From Andalucia godoyi And28 (lineage: Eukaryota > Protista > Jakobida), in contig VRVR01000022.1 in NCBI GenBank assembly GCA_009859145.1, positions 62,001-126,000 on the forward strand: a stretch of 64,000 bases of DNA. Direction: 5' to 3'. Positions 21,376 to 31,806 of the stretch are shown here, piece by piece. How positions within the stretch are numbered: position 1 is the stretch's first letter; every line of letters begins with the position of its first letter. The notes under the pieces were generated by a model that did not search any database, was not told the origin of the DNA, and saw only the letters and a program-made list of their open reading frames with translations. The translations under genes and the position numbers were made by a program.

Positions 21376-24300
21376 ATGGAACGTTCCAAAGAGGAAGTTC
21401 CTGTATCGTACGATCGGATCCTGTACGGCTCGCATCCGTTTCGAACCTTTTCAGGCGTCTCTCTATTTATCAATGGCCGCGAGCCTATACCGAAGCATTC
21501 TTGCATCAAGACGCTAGTTTCGATCATCCCTGCACTCTCTTCCGTGTCAAGCAACGGTCCTCCGAAGCCTCTGCCATTGCCCACATCCTCCACATCTCCC
21601 CTATTCCCTTCCGCAACTGCGACTGCGACTGCGACTGCGACTGCGGGCTTCCCAACTCGACCTACTGTCTCATGTGCCGAAGCTGGTCGGTCTGCCTTTT
21701 CGGGTCCTGTTGACGTGGATATCTCGCAGCCGCAGAGAACGGGTCGCACATCGTCGTTTTCAACTCCGCATTGGCAGCAACTCGGCAGCAGTTTGCATGC
21801 GAATGTGCGAAATCCAGTGCTGGGAGCTCTCAGGAACTCCCAGCCTATTGGATCGCAGAGACATGCGGATAACACTAGCATTGTGAATCCCCCACGTTCT
21901 AACGTGCCAGTTGCGTTATCCACGTTGCCATCGTCGTCGTCTACGATGATCTCTTCTTCGAATCCGAGCGTTGGTGCGATGAGTGCAGGTAGCGGAATTA
22001 TGGATACGTCGCGAATGGATGTTGCGGCACTGTTCGACTCTGCAATCACGTCTGTTGCGGCCGATGTGTCCAGCGGCGTTCCGGAGATTGAGCCTCGGTC
22101 CTGCCTCAAGACGTCTCTGCTTCCACATCAGAAGGTTGCACTCTCATGGTTAGTCCAGAGGGAGATCGGTGTGCGATTGACGCAGTCCAGACAGCAGTTC
22201 TTCTTTTGGAAGCGCATGGTGGACCACCAAGGAAACGTGACGTACAAGAACACAATCAAGGTCGCATCTCCACAGCAAAAGGAACATCCGGTGTTCTTCT
22301 CGGGCGGCTTCTTGTGCGATGATATGGGTCTCGGGAAGACTCTTTCGGTCATCGCCATGCTCGCACATTTCCAAAGTCTGAAGCAGCGCACTCTGATCGT
22401 GTGTCCGCTTTCTCTGATTTCAAACTGGGTGGATCAGATCAACGAACACACTCTTCCAGGAACGTTTTCAGTCGGAATATACCACGGACCGGACAGATCG
22501 CTCGCTGCAAACGTCCTTGGGTACGATGTCGTCATTTCGACATACAATATTCTTGTCATGGACTACCGTCAACACGCGGATTCAATTGTTGAAGATGACA
22601 ACGACCAGAATGAACGCAAGCATGCGGATAGGGAAGAGGATGATGACGATGGTGATGGTGATGACGATGACGATGACGGTGGACGTCGCGGTGGAATTGA
22701 GTCGTATTTCTTTCCTCAGAACCGCCAGAGCCAGAGTGCATCATCACAAGCCCGAGGACCGCGCTCGAAACGACCCAAAGTCGACTACGGCTTGTTCACT
22801 CCAGGGCTTTTCCACCGTGTTGTCTACGACGAAGCACACATGGGCAAGAATCCCGAGACGATCACTGCGATGGCATGCACCGCGCTGGCTGCCGATCGCA
22901 GATGGTGTCTCACGGGGACACCGATTACGAACAAGATGGATGATTTGCAGTCGCTTATGCGGATCATCCATGCCGAACCCTTTTCGGATCACAAGTTTTG
23001 GCGGAACATGATCTCCAGGCCGCTCAAGTCTACAACACAGTCTGACAACTTAACCGGTTTTCGTCGACTGCAAATCATTGTTAAAGCTCTCTGTCTGCGC
23101 CGAATGAAGCGACGGCCGTCTCCGATGCAAAATGGTTCTACTTCGACATCCGCAACTCACCATCCGGGCCCTGGATACATCGAGATGCCGGATCTCGAGA
23201 TCATCCACAGGCACGTCGAAATCACCGGGACTCAGCGTATTGTGTATGATCGAATGTACAGGCGAGCGCGGAACATTGTCGTGAATTGGTTAAACTCGGG
23301 CGGAAATTCCGGTGGCGTCATTGCCAATGTCCTTGCGCTCCTGACGCGGCTGCGACAGGCGTGCAACCACTTGGAATTGCTGCGTGAAACCGCCATGCGC
23401 ATTGCCCTGCTGACTGATGAGGAAGATGCTCGAGAAGCCCAAAAAGCAGGCCAAAGCACGGACGCTGTGTTTCTTGCGGACGACGCCCGGCGAAATCGCC
23501 TGTCGGATGTTCTTTCCAAATTGTTTCCGTCCTCTTCATCCGCTTCTGGCTCTTCGACGACCACTCCTGCTTCAGCTGCCCGTACGACGCGGCAAGGTAT
23601 GCAAGAGACCTCCGATGCGCTCGAGTCTCCGGAATGCGCGATTTGCTTTGAGGAGATTTCCGACGAGTCGACGACTCTGGTCACGCCTTGTGGACATGTT
23701 TTCTGTTCTGATTGTCTGGAACGCGCGCTTTCTGTCCGCAGTCTGTGCCCGATGTGCCGCGATCCTGTGCGCGGCACGGAAGCATGTCGAACCATTTCAG
23801 CGGTTCGGCGCTTGCTGAAGAAGGCTGCGGAGGCGCAGTCTGGAGGCACGAAGGATGCCCATGGGACGACAAATGCACCGGATGGGTCTGCCGCGATTGC
23901 AAATCCGTATGATTTAGCGACTGCGGGAGCCAAGCTGAATGCGCTGCTGCATGACCTGCAAGTTGAAATTCCCTCCTCGGAAAAAGTGCTGGTATTCTCG
24001 CAGTGGACGTCGTTTCTTGATCTTGTCGAACCAGTGATTTCGGATGCTCAGATCCCGTATGTTCGTCTTGATGGGTCGATGACCCGTGAAGAGCGGGCGG
24101 AAGCCGTGACCACATTCCAAGGAGCCCCTGCCTCCGGATGCCGTGTGTTTCTTATTTCGCTGAAGTGCGGTGGATTTGGATTGAACCTCACGGCAGCGTC
24201 TCATGTCTGCATCATGGATCCGTGGTGGAGTTGGGAAGTCGAGTCGCAAGCAGCGGATCGAGCCTGGCGTATCGGCAACAAAGCTCGGAAAGTTGTCGTT

Positions 24301-24492
24301 CGGCGCTACATCTGCACCAACACCATTGAAGAAAAGATCCTTGAGCTCCAAAAGATGAAGCTCTTCCTGACTCGTGGTGCCTTTGGTGAGTCTGGCGACG
24401 AAGCGCAGTCCACGGACGAGTTTAAACGACTGCGCCAACTCCGCGTCCGCCTTCTCTTCAATCTGGACAAGTCTGTCGCGGACCTCGTCTGA
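21376..24492 (+). CDS. RAD5/RAD16-family SNF2 helicase with C3HC4 RING finger
   Basis: GGFLCDDMGLGKT, TLIVCPLSLISNW, VVYDEAH, WCLTGTPITN, RING CAIC...CGHVFCSDC...CPMCR, KVLVFSQWT, GLNLTAAS, QAADRAWRIG; first ATG at 21376. Confidence 0.93.
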   Translation: MERSKEEVPVSYDRILYGSHPFRTFSGVSLFINGREPIPKHSCIKTLVSIIPALSSVSSNGPPKPLPLPTSSTSPLFPSATATATATATAGFPTRPTVSCAEAGRSAFSGPVDVDISQPQRTGRTSSFSTPHWQQLGSSLHANVRNPVLGALRNSQPIGSQRHADNTSIVNPPRSNVPVALSTLPSSSSTMISSSNPSVGAMSAGSGIMDTSRMDVAALFDSAITSVAADVSSGVPEIEPRSCLKTSLLPHQKVALSWLVQREIGVRLTQSRQQFFFWKRMVDHQGNVTYKNTIKVASPQQKEHPVFFSGGFLCDDMGLGKTLSVIAMLAHFQSLKQRTLIVCPLSLISNWVDQINEHTLPGTFSVGIYHGPDRSLAANVLGYDVVISTYNILVMDYRQHADSIVEDDNDQNERKHADREEDDDDGDGDDDDDDGGRRGGIESYFFPQNRQSQSASSQARGPRSKRPKVDYGLFTPGLFHRVVYDEAHMGKNPETITAMACTALAADRRWCLTGTPITNKMDDLQSLMRIIHAEPFSDHKFWRNMISRPLKSTTQSDNLTGFRRLQIIVKALCLRRMKRRPSPMQNGSTSTSATHHPGPGYIEMPDLEIIHRHVEITGTQRIVYDRMYRRARNIVVNWLNSGGNSGGVIANVLALLTRLRQACNHLELLRETAMRIALLTDEEDAREAQKAGQSTDAVFLADDARRNRLSDVLSKLFPSSSSASGSSTTTPASAARTTRQGMQETSDALESPECAICFEEISDESTTLVTPCGHVFCSDCLERALSVRSLCPMCRDPVRGTEACRTISAVRRLLKKAAEAQSGGTKDAHGTTNAPDGSAAIANPYDLATAGAKLNALLHDLQVEIPSSEKVLVFSQWTSFLDLVEPVISDAQIPYVRLDGSMTREERAEAVTTFQGAPASGCRVFLISLKCGGFGLNLTAASHVCIMDPWWSWEVESQAADRAWRIGNKARKVVVRRYICTNTIEEKILELQKMKLFLTRGAFGESGDEAQSTDEFKRLRQLRVRLLFNLDKSVADLV

Positions 24493-24665
24493 GCACAATG
24501 CCATCAACGACATAAAAAAGTAGCAGCCAAGTATCTTTACGTCCTCGCCGATTTCGAAGCATACAGCCAAAACCGTGCGTTATCTGTTCTTAATTGATGT
24601 GCTTTTACTCGTCTTGTTATGCTTCCGTTCCTCTCGACTCACCATTCTTGCGCAAGTACGTACAT

Positions 24666-25325
24666 TTACAGCTCGATTGGACCGAGGTTATTCTTTGGCA
24701 GCGGTCGTTGCTTGGGTGCTGTCGCTGAAGAAGCCGTCGAACCACCAGCTGCGGCTGTGACGGTTACAGTAGCAGCAGCGGCAGTGGCAGTGGCAGTGGC
24801 AGTGGAAACAGCAGTTGTGGCGGGCGTGGCAGCGACGGGAGACATTGCGCCGAGTTTTGCATTGGCGGGCATAGCGTATCGCAGAGTGTGCTCACGGGCT
24901 CGTTTGAGAAACGTTTTTCTGTCCGAGGCGTACTCGCGCGCAATGTGTCCCATGAGAGGGTCCTGTGGATTGGGGTCCTGAAGGAGGGCGATGATGGACA
25001 TGAGGACCTTTGCGCACGAGTACGCCGGCGACCACGCGGTCTTGAGAATGTCAAGGCACACAGAGCCGGAGTCCGAGATGTTGCAATGGTAGACGCGGGT
25101 ATCGAATGTGACGCGCGGAGGATGGAACGGATAGTCGTCTGGAAACTTGACCGTCAGCCGAAACTCGCCGCCCTCATACGGAGTGTCAACCGGCCCTTGG
25201 ATCGTTGCGGTCCACTCCATCAGATTGTCTCCCTTTGGACTCGCTGTGCATCCAAACGGCGGATCCGAGCGAAAATCAGAAAGCTCCTTTGTCAGCCGAC
25301 GAACCACCTTGTCTCTCCCTGCCAT
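24666..25325 (-). CDS. Ubiquitin-conjugating enzyme E2 (UBE2D/E class) with Ala/Thr-rich tail
   Basis: RLTKEL, GPVDTPYEGG, FPDDYPFHPP, YHCNIS...VCLDIL...WSP, PNPQDPL. Confidence 0.95.
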   Translation of the reverse strand: MAGRDKVVRRLTKELSDFRSDPPFGCTASPKGDNLMEWTATIQGPVDTPYEGGEFRLTVKFPDDYPFHPPRVTFDTRVYHCNISDSGSVCLDILKTAWSPAYSCAKVLMSIIALLQDPNPQDPLMGHIAREYASDRKTFLKRAREHTLRYAMPANAKLGAMSPVAATPATTAVSTATATATAAAATVTVTAAAGGSTASSATAPKQRPLPKNNLGPIEL

Positions 25326-25787
25326 TTCAAGCCCTATTCAAACCAAGGTTTAAAAAATCCCACTCTCACGTATCAATCAATATCAACAACAAACAACAAA
25401 CAAATATTTAAAAAACCAAATACAACGAATCAAGAGAATGAACCAATTCAGACGACTAAAACAAAAAGCAGTCTGTTGGAGAGGCTTCATATACGGCTTT
25501 TGAATTCGGGGGATTTGCTGTTCTACAGTATGGTGGATTCGTTTGGGGGGGAGTTTTTCCCGCCATTTCTGAATTTCGCGGCACTCCATGAAAACGTAGA
25601 GCGTCTATACTGATTGGGGGGAACGAGAATGCTTGCTTGTATGTATGGTTGGTTGGTTGGTTGGTTGGTTGGTTGGTTGGTTTGTAATGCGGTTTTTACA
25701 CAACGCAGCACGGAACACACAACACAGAGTCACACCGGAGTAGTACAGAGTCTCGCAGAGGAGCAGGAAGGCGAGAAAAAGCATTGG

Positions 25788-27233
25788 TTATTCAAACTTT
25801 GCTTGGTAGACAACTGGGCCTGGGCCTGGGACAGTGTGGATGATGTAGCGCAAGAGTCCATGGATGCGATCAGGCATTTCCTCTGAGGACCATCCAGCAG
25901 GAGTCGCCCATTGCTTTGCACCATGCTCAAAGGTGGCTCGGACCTCAGCGTTTCTCGTTCGGACGTACTCGGTCTCCGCTTCACCAGCACCAGGGTGAGA
26001 AGGAGCGGGTGGCGGGAATGCATGGGCAACGAGGGCGGCAACCTGCGCGAGATGCTGTTCACGAACAAAGAGCACTGCGTTTGGCCCCGCATCAAACGAA
26101 TATGCAGCTCGGATCTCGCCGTCAAGCGCGACTCCGTGTGCATTGAGCCGCGACACAAGTGCCACGACTCGGCGAGACGTGTCGTTCATGTAGGAAATCG
26201 GCGGGTAAGTATCGAGTGCAACCGCATGGAACTGATTCGAGTCGCGCATTGTCAGCTCCGCAAACAAGTTGAAATCTCCCGTCGCAATGGCAGTCTCCAT
26301 CCGTGCCACACGCGCATCTGCAATCTCCGCTCGACGACCCATCAACTCACTTGTCTGCACGGTCGTTTCCATACCCGCAGTCGACGACGTCTCCTTCTTT
26401 CCATCGTGCACAACCAGCACCAACACATGCAGCTTCTCGTCCTTTTTCTCGACCGATTGCTCATCATTCTTTGATGACGATGATGACGGAGTCTCAAAAG
26501 AAGAGGAAGAGCCACCGGCAAGAATCGAGCGGGACGCAGAGACTTTGCAAAACCGCACATTCCCTTCGTCACATACCTGGACCGCCACTGAATCCGCGCC
26601 GTCTTCCACCTCCTGGTGGCCACCGCGAACCCACTTGACGAATCCGCCATAGAGCGACCGGCACGCGCTTCCAGACCCGCGGCGCGCCCATGCCGAGTAC
26701 TCTCCCGGAAACGCCTCCTTGACGCCCAGTGCATGTGCCAGCGCCACAACAAGCGCCGCAAAACCCGAGGCACTTGACGCGAGCCCAGCCGCCGTCGGGA
26801 AGTTGTTGGTTGTCCACACATGAACCGTAATCTTCTCCGCGTCCACCGCGCGACGATGATGGCGAGCCTTGATGGCAGTCAGAACAGTCTTCATACGCGG
26901 GTTATGGTCAAGATCCGCAGCACGCTCAGATCCATTCAGCCAGATGCGGTCTCCCGCTGAAGAAGGCACCATCGACGACGGCGCGACAACCACAATCGTG
27001 TGCGTGCACAGGTCAGCTTGGGACAGCGTAAGCGAAAGCGACGAGTTGGTCGGCAGAATCAACGACGAGTTGCGCTTGCCCCAGTACTTAATTGCAGCAA
27101 TGTTCACCGGCGCCGACACTTCTGCATACGACACATTCGCGTCCGACAAGTCAACACTCGAAGGAAGGAACTGCCCGCCCGCATACGAACGCCACGTCTT
27201 CGGATCACTTGGGAGACGAGATGGAAGAGACAT
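25788..27233 (-). CDS. MVD: Diphosphomevalonate decarboxylase
   Basis: APVNIAAIKYWGKR, NNFPTAAGLASSASG, RRGSGSACRSLYGGF, DSNQFHA, AYSFDAGPNAVL; ATG at 27233. Confidence 0.96.
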   Translation of the reverse strand: MSLPSRLPSDPKTWRSYAGGQFLPSSVDLSDANVSYAEVSAPVNIAAIKYWGKRNSSLILPTNSSLSLTLSQADLCTHTIVVVAPSSMVPSSAGDRIWLNGSERAADLDHNPRMKTVLTAIKARHHRRAVDAEKITVHVWTTNNFPTAAGLASSASGFAALVVALAHALGVKEAFPGEYSAWARRGSGSACRSLYGGFVKWVRGGHQEVEDGADSVAVQVCDEGNVRFCKVSASRSILAGGSSSSFETPSSSSSKNDEQSVEKKDEKLHVLVLVVHDGKKETSSTAGMETTVQTSELMGRRAEIADARVARMETAIATGDFNLFAELTMRDSNQFHAVALDTYPPISYMNDTSRRVVALVSRLNAHGVALDGEIRAAYSFDAGPNAVLFVREQHLAQVAALVAHAFPPPAPSHPGAGEAETEYVRTRNAEVRATFEHGAKQWATPAGWSSEEMPDRIHGLLRYIIHTVPGPGPVVYQAKFE

Positions 27234-27582
27234 GTTGTTGTTGTTTTTCCCTTGACCCAACAGCAAATCAAAATATAAAATATTAAGAAAAAATATTAAG
27301 AATCAAAATAGCTCGTCTTTTCTCCTTCTTCTTTCTTCTTCTGCTTCGTTGTACTATTAATCGCGTTCAAAGAGGCTTCGCACGATGCATATGTACGTTC
27401 GCGGGAATGAGTGGAGTTGGGTTGGGTAAGAGACGGCACGGACTACAGCCGGTGAATGAGCTGTGAATTCGTCGCTGGGTGCTGCTGATCAGGACAACCC
27501 TGGATCGTGGATGGCGTTGCTAGGAAGAGAAGCCGGAACGAGGAAAGGCCAAGCGAGAATAAGGACGAGCGTACTTTATGGA

Positions 27583-28449
27583 TTAGTAGCGTGGTCGGTA
27601 GGGTCTCCGAAAGTCGTCGGTGGAAGGATTGGCGGACATATCGTCGCGGTCGCGCTTTCCAAACCTGGAAGAATCGCCGAGAGTCCGATTGGAATGGGAA
27701 GAGGAGGAGGAGAAGGAGGAAGAGGAGTTGCCGGGCTGGGAGCCAGATGCAAGAGAGCCCATCGTGCCTGCGTCAATTGCTCTCTTAAGAGGCATGGCGG
27801 CATGGCAGTCGAATGGTCGCCCCAAATCAAGATCGGGGCCTTCTGGACCGGGAACAACGAGCAACGGACGACTTCCATTCTCAGCAGACATGCTCCTACC
27901 CCGTAGCGCGGACATCAGCTCCGTCGCCGCCAACCGGTCCGGAACAATCACAAGCGCAAGACCCCGCGATCGCCCAGACTGCTTATCCTCGTAGAACCGG
28001 ACGTCCAAAACACTCGCCGCGAACGCCGCCGGCAAAAGACCACGAATGTCCGCATCCGTCGTGAACCACCGCAGATTCCCAACAAACACCGAAGCCCGCG
28101 ACTCTGGGAAGTGTCCCGCACTCTCTCCCTCCACTCCTTGCATCATGCTTGGCGCGCCGTGGGCCGCCGATCCAGCCTGCGGAGTCGGTGCAAGCGCCGG
28201 GTGCGCATGTGGAGTCGGCGCAAGTGGCGGTGCAACTGCAACTGCAGCCGTCGCCGTCGCCGTCGCCGTCGCTGGCTTCGGTCCCGGAACTGCCGCTGTC
28301 CCTGCCGTGAAGCCTGCTGTAGACGCTACTGTAGTCGCAGCATTGCTTGTGGATGTCCCGGGCGTCATCACAGGTGGCGCAGAAGCAACTGGCGCAACAG
28401 CCGACGAGCCAAGATCACCATATAAATCAAGCTCGGAGTAATCAGACAT
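27583..28449 (-). CDS. CPSF6/CFIm68-like RRM protein
   Basis: N-terminal ELDLYGDL and RRM VFVGNLRWFTTDADIR...VRFYEDKQSGRSRGLALV resemble CFIm large subunits. Confidence 0.8.
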   Translation of the reverse strand: MSDYSELDLYGDLGSSAVAPVASAPPVMTPGTSTSNAATTVASTAGFTAGTAAVPGPKPATATATATAAVAVAPPLAPTPHAHPALAPTPQAGSAAHGAPSMMQGVEGESAGHFPESRASVFVGNLRWFTTDADIRGLLPAAFAASVLDVRFYEDKQSGRSRGLALVIVPDRLAATELMSALRGRSMSAENGSRPLLVVPGPEGPDLDLGRPFDCHAAMPLKRAIDAGTMGSLASGSQPGNSSSSFSSSSSHSNRTLGDSSRFGKRDRDDMSANPSTDDFRRPYRPRY

Positions 28450-28657
28450 TGTTGCTTTTTCCCTTCCTTCTTCCTTTGTTATGCCCTTTGCCTTTTTCCC
28501 CCCACTTCGTTTGCACCTTGCTTCGCGGGAAACTGTCTGTTCATTCTATTTTCATTTTTCTGCACAAATTCTCGGCCTTTTTATTCATTGGGTATGAGAA
28601 GCGAGGCTGCTGACTTCGCCTGTTGTCTCAAGCATCACTTCCGCAACCGCCCTCCAG

Positions 28658-28766
28658 CGATTGATAAATGGCAACGCCTACATTACACACTGACCATGCA
28701 TATCTGCGAATAGACATGCATATTCAGTCTTGCATCCCGTTGCCGGGAAGGGGATAGGCCCCCAAC
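28658..28766 (-). ncRNA. Putative Fanzor omega-RNA scaffold (best preserved copy)
   Basis: GGGG-GCCTAT-CCCC hairpin; TCCCG-GCAA-CGGGA GNRA hairpin; long ACTGA/ATGCAT/GTCT...AGAT/ATGCAT/TCAGT stem; AATGTAGGCGTT and terminal TTATCAATCG motifs shared with other loci. Confidence 0.7.
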
Positions 28767-29050
28767 ACGCCTCACGGCGCTCTTCAGATAGATGTTCCGC
28801 GCTCCGTTCCCAATCTCGATCAATCGGTGAGCCACTTTCTCAGCGTGACACGTTGTTCCTGAGAAGGGTGCATTTTGATGCTGACGGCCCTAGCAGCAGG
28901 CGCTTTCGTGTCCTCAGTTGCAGCGCGATTGATGCATCTGGAGATACGAGAGGGAGAGGCGGTAGGCGTTGTGACACGTGGTCTCTTAGGAGGTCTGCGG
29001 GACCTAGGAGGCCCTGCATCGAGCGGCGTCGGCGTAGGCGAATGCGTCAT
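28658..29050 (-). mobile_element. Internally deleted Fanzor (TnpB-like, probably Fanzor2/IS607-type) non-autonomous element
   Basis: ORF ends in AVSIKMHPSQEQRVTLRKWL (HTH_OrfB-type N-terminus). It is fused directly to att gat cga gat tgg (g) aac gga gcg cgg aac atc tat ctg aag = IDRDW-NGARNIYLK (RuvC-III, one extra G; 28782-28824), followed by a structured non-coding tail. Confidence 0.85.
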
Positions 29051-29428
29051 CCCAGCGCACCCACGCCCCTATTTGAAATAAAAAAGTGAAACCAACGAAT
29101 GATAGAACAGATGGCTACGGATGCTGCGTTAAAGAGTGTCGAAAATGCGGAGCCTGTGTCACCGGCTGAATTTTGGCCGAGCGTGTGTAAGCACGAATTC
29201 CCTGTGAAACAAACGTGCTAGTGTCGGCCAGTTTTGATCGTGTCTGTTTATGTGTGCTTCCGTATGCATGACAATGACGTGTCACTATTCAACGGCCCAG
29301 AATCCGACATTACTCACTCTGCCTTTTCACAATGTGTGTGTGTGTGTGCGTGCAAATTTGTCGAGTCTGCGGTGTAGTATTTTATTGTTCTCGCGGCCTC
29401 CTCGAATTCTGTGCGACTGTGGAAACAG

Positions 29429-30634
29429 ATGACAAGGGAAAGGTATAGCGGTGGTGATGCTGGTGATGTTAGTGGGAAGCAAAAGCTGCTGCTGCGCTCC
29501 GGAGGTTCTGCTCACAACCGACCTTGGCCTGTGGCCGTGGCTCAGTCGATCGGAGTGATTGTTATCTTGTTTGGAGCTGCACTTTTGCTCAATGTGTTGC
29601 AACTCGCATCGCGGATCTTGCGATGGACATGCGTCATCCGGGTGCCAACAGACATTCGATTCAACAATTACATGCTTGGGGTGTGGCTGCGGATCGCTAT
29701 CTGGGTCGTCAATGTCCCGTGCCGAACCAAGGTGTCTATTGCGCCCTACTCGGAAAGCAACGCAAATCGTACCAGCAAGGCCAGTACCGGTGGTGATCAG
29801 GAGGCACAGTGGAGTGGGAACCACTTGTTTGTCTCCAACCATGTTTCGTATCTCGATATCATGCTGCTGTTTGTGTTTCTTACACATCACCACAGCCTTC
29901 GTAATCACGACCTCCGCAACACGAATATCAGAACGCCACAGGATGCAGCACAACCGTGTCACATGCGGTTCTATGCAAAAAATGCAGTCCGATACTACCC
30001 GTGTGTATGGGCAGTGAACTTCTTTTCGGGGTTTGTGCTGCTGAAACGCGATTTTACGCGGGACCTACCGGTGATCATGCGCCACCTGTCCGTGCTCTCA
30101 TCCTGTTTCAAGCAGTACGCGATCCCATTCTATCTCTCGATTTTCCCGGAAGGCACGCGGTTTACTCGGCAGAAGGCGTTGCAAGGGAAGGAATTCGCGA
30201 GTGCGCACGGAGTCAAGGGTATGTGGGAAAACGTGTTGGTTCCCAGAGCCCGGGGCGTGCATGTCGCGGTGCAGAAACTTGGGTTTCAGGACAAGTGCCT
30301 CGATGGTGTAATCGTGCTGCGGTTCGAGTATCAAACGGGCGTGCGGGACCTCATTTCGCTGCTCGGCGGCCGCAATCCAAATGCAGTCCGAATCTGTCCC
30401 AAGCGGTATTCATGGACAGAGTACGTTCGCATCCTCAAGAACAAGGAGCACGCTCTTGAGCATTCGAGGAACAGCAGCAGCAGCGATAAAATGAATGAAG
30501 ACGGGGTCTCAGAAGAGGTAGTCAAGGACTGGCTGCTCGATGAGTTTAGGGAAATGGACTCCGCTCTCTCAAACCGAACTCTCTCACCGCTTTCTGAGTC
30601 TCTTGATTTGGACTGCAGACAAAAGGCCGACTGA
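29429..30634 (+). CDS. Lysophospholipid acyltransferase (LPAAT/LCLAT1-like)
   Basis: NHVSYLD (HX4D), FYAKNAVRYYP, FPEGTR, NVLVPRARG. Confidence 0.9.
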   Translation: MTRERYSGGDAGDVSGKQKLLLRSGGSAHNRPWPVAVAQSIGVIVILFGAALLLNVLQLASRILRWTCVIRVPTDIRFNNYMLGVWLRIAIWVVNVPCRTKVSIAPYSESNANRTSKASTGGDQEAQWSGNHLFVSNHVSYLDIMLLFVFLTHHHSLRNHDLRNTNIRTPQDAAQPCHMRFYAKNAVRYYPCVWAVNFFSGFVLLKRDFTRDLPVIMRHLSVLSSCFKQYAIPFYLSIFPEGTRFTRQKALQGKEFASAHGVKGMWENVLVPRARGVHVAVQKLGFQDKCLDGVIVLRFEYQTGVRDLISLLGGRNPNAVRICPKRYSWTEYVRILKNKEHALEHSRNSSSSDKMNEDGVSEEVVKDWLLDEFREMDSALSNRTLSPLSESLDLDCRQKAD

Positions 30635-31260
30635 GCGATGAATTATTATTGTTTATTATTATTTATTTTTCACCCTGCACGTCTCCTGGTTCCCATGCTG
30701 CACCTATTTCATTTTACATATTACTGTTGTTTGTTTTTTTTTTTAAATAAAGTTCCCTTCATCATCCGACTTTGACTATTCCCATTATTATCATTATTGT
30801 TCGTTTGTTTCTTGTTTGTTTTGGAGACTGACGCCTTGCGACAATATGCAAACCACCCACCCACCGACCTCTCACCTCCCTCCAATCCCCCCGCTGTCTC
30901 TGTTCCGCGCACAACGAAAACACTGCACGTCTCTACTCTCGACAGCTGACACGACGAATCGCGGAAAAACCTCTGCGTATTTATGGACATTCCGAACTTC
31001 TCCAAAATATATGCCGGTCGTAAAAAAAACCTGTGGTCCTTATTTTTTCGCCCTTTTCCGTTCAGGTTTTCTTATTTATCGGTTTCGTCCAATTTACGTT
31101 GCAGTCTCTTTTATTTTTTTGTTTTTTTTGTTTTTTTATTCTTCATGTTTTTTCACACGTCTTCTCGTCATTTTAGTAGTAGCATCTATTTGACATATCG
31201 GTGACGATTTAGGCAACAAAAAGAAAGAGAAAGAGAAAAGAGAGAGCGTGAGAGAACAAC

Positions 31261-31806
31261 ATGAGACCACTTACCGAAGAAGAAACGCGAGTGTTTTTTG
31301 AGAAACTCTCGCAGTACATTGGAAAGAACATTGCTCAGCTTCTGGACTCATCGAGCGATGATCCGCATTGCTTTCGTCTTCAGCGCGAGCGGGTGTACTA
31401 CGTGTCAGAGCGTCTGATGAAGAAAGCCACGAATGTCAGCCGTGAAAACCTTGCGTCGCTCGGAGTCTGTTTTGGAAAATTCACAAAGACGCGCAAGTTT
31501 AGACTGCATGTCACGTGTCTGGACTACCTTGCACAGTATGCAAACTACAAGATCTGGGTGAAGCCATCGGCGGAAATGTCATATCTGTATGGAAACCACG
31601 TCCTTAAAGCCGGCCTCGGAAGAATCACAGAGAACACTCCGGAGAACCAAGGCGTAATTGTATTGTCCATGGCGGAGATTCCCCTCGGGTTCGGCATCGC
31701 TGCGAGATCAACCCAGGATTGCAGAAAGGCAGATCCAACGTCTATCGTCTGTCTTCATCAGGCGGATATCGGCGAGTATCTGAGAGACGAGGACACCCTC
31801 GGATGA
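31261..31806 (+). CDS. NIP7: 60S ribosome biogenesis factor NIP7
   Basis: [16 protein letters not shown]...[14 protein letters not shown]...[15 protein letters not shown]...[12 protein letters not shown]. Confidence 0.98.
   Translation: MRPLTEEETRVFFEKLSQYIGKNIAQLLDSSSDDPHCFRLQRERVYYVSERLMKKATNVSRENLASLGVCFGKFTKTRKFRLHVTCLDYLAQYANYKIWVKPSAEMSYLYGNHVLKAGLGRITENTPENQGVIVLSMAEIPLGFGIAARSTQDCRKADPTSIVCLHQADIGEYLRDEDTLG

Noticed and set aside
29221-29232. GTGTCGGCCAGT shared with 45853-45864 as a possible element left end
   Set aside because: An isolated 12-mer match with no flanking similarity; many such matches are expected by chance in 64 kb.
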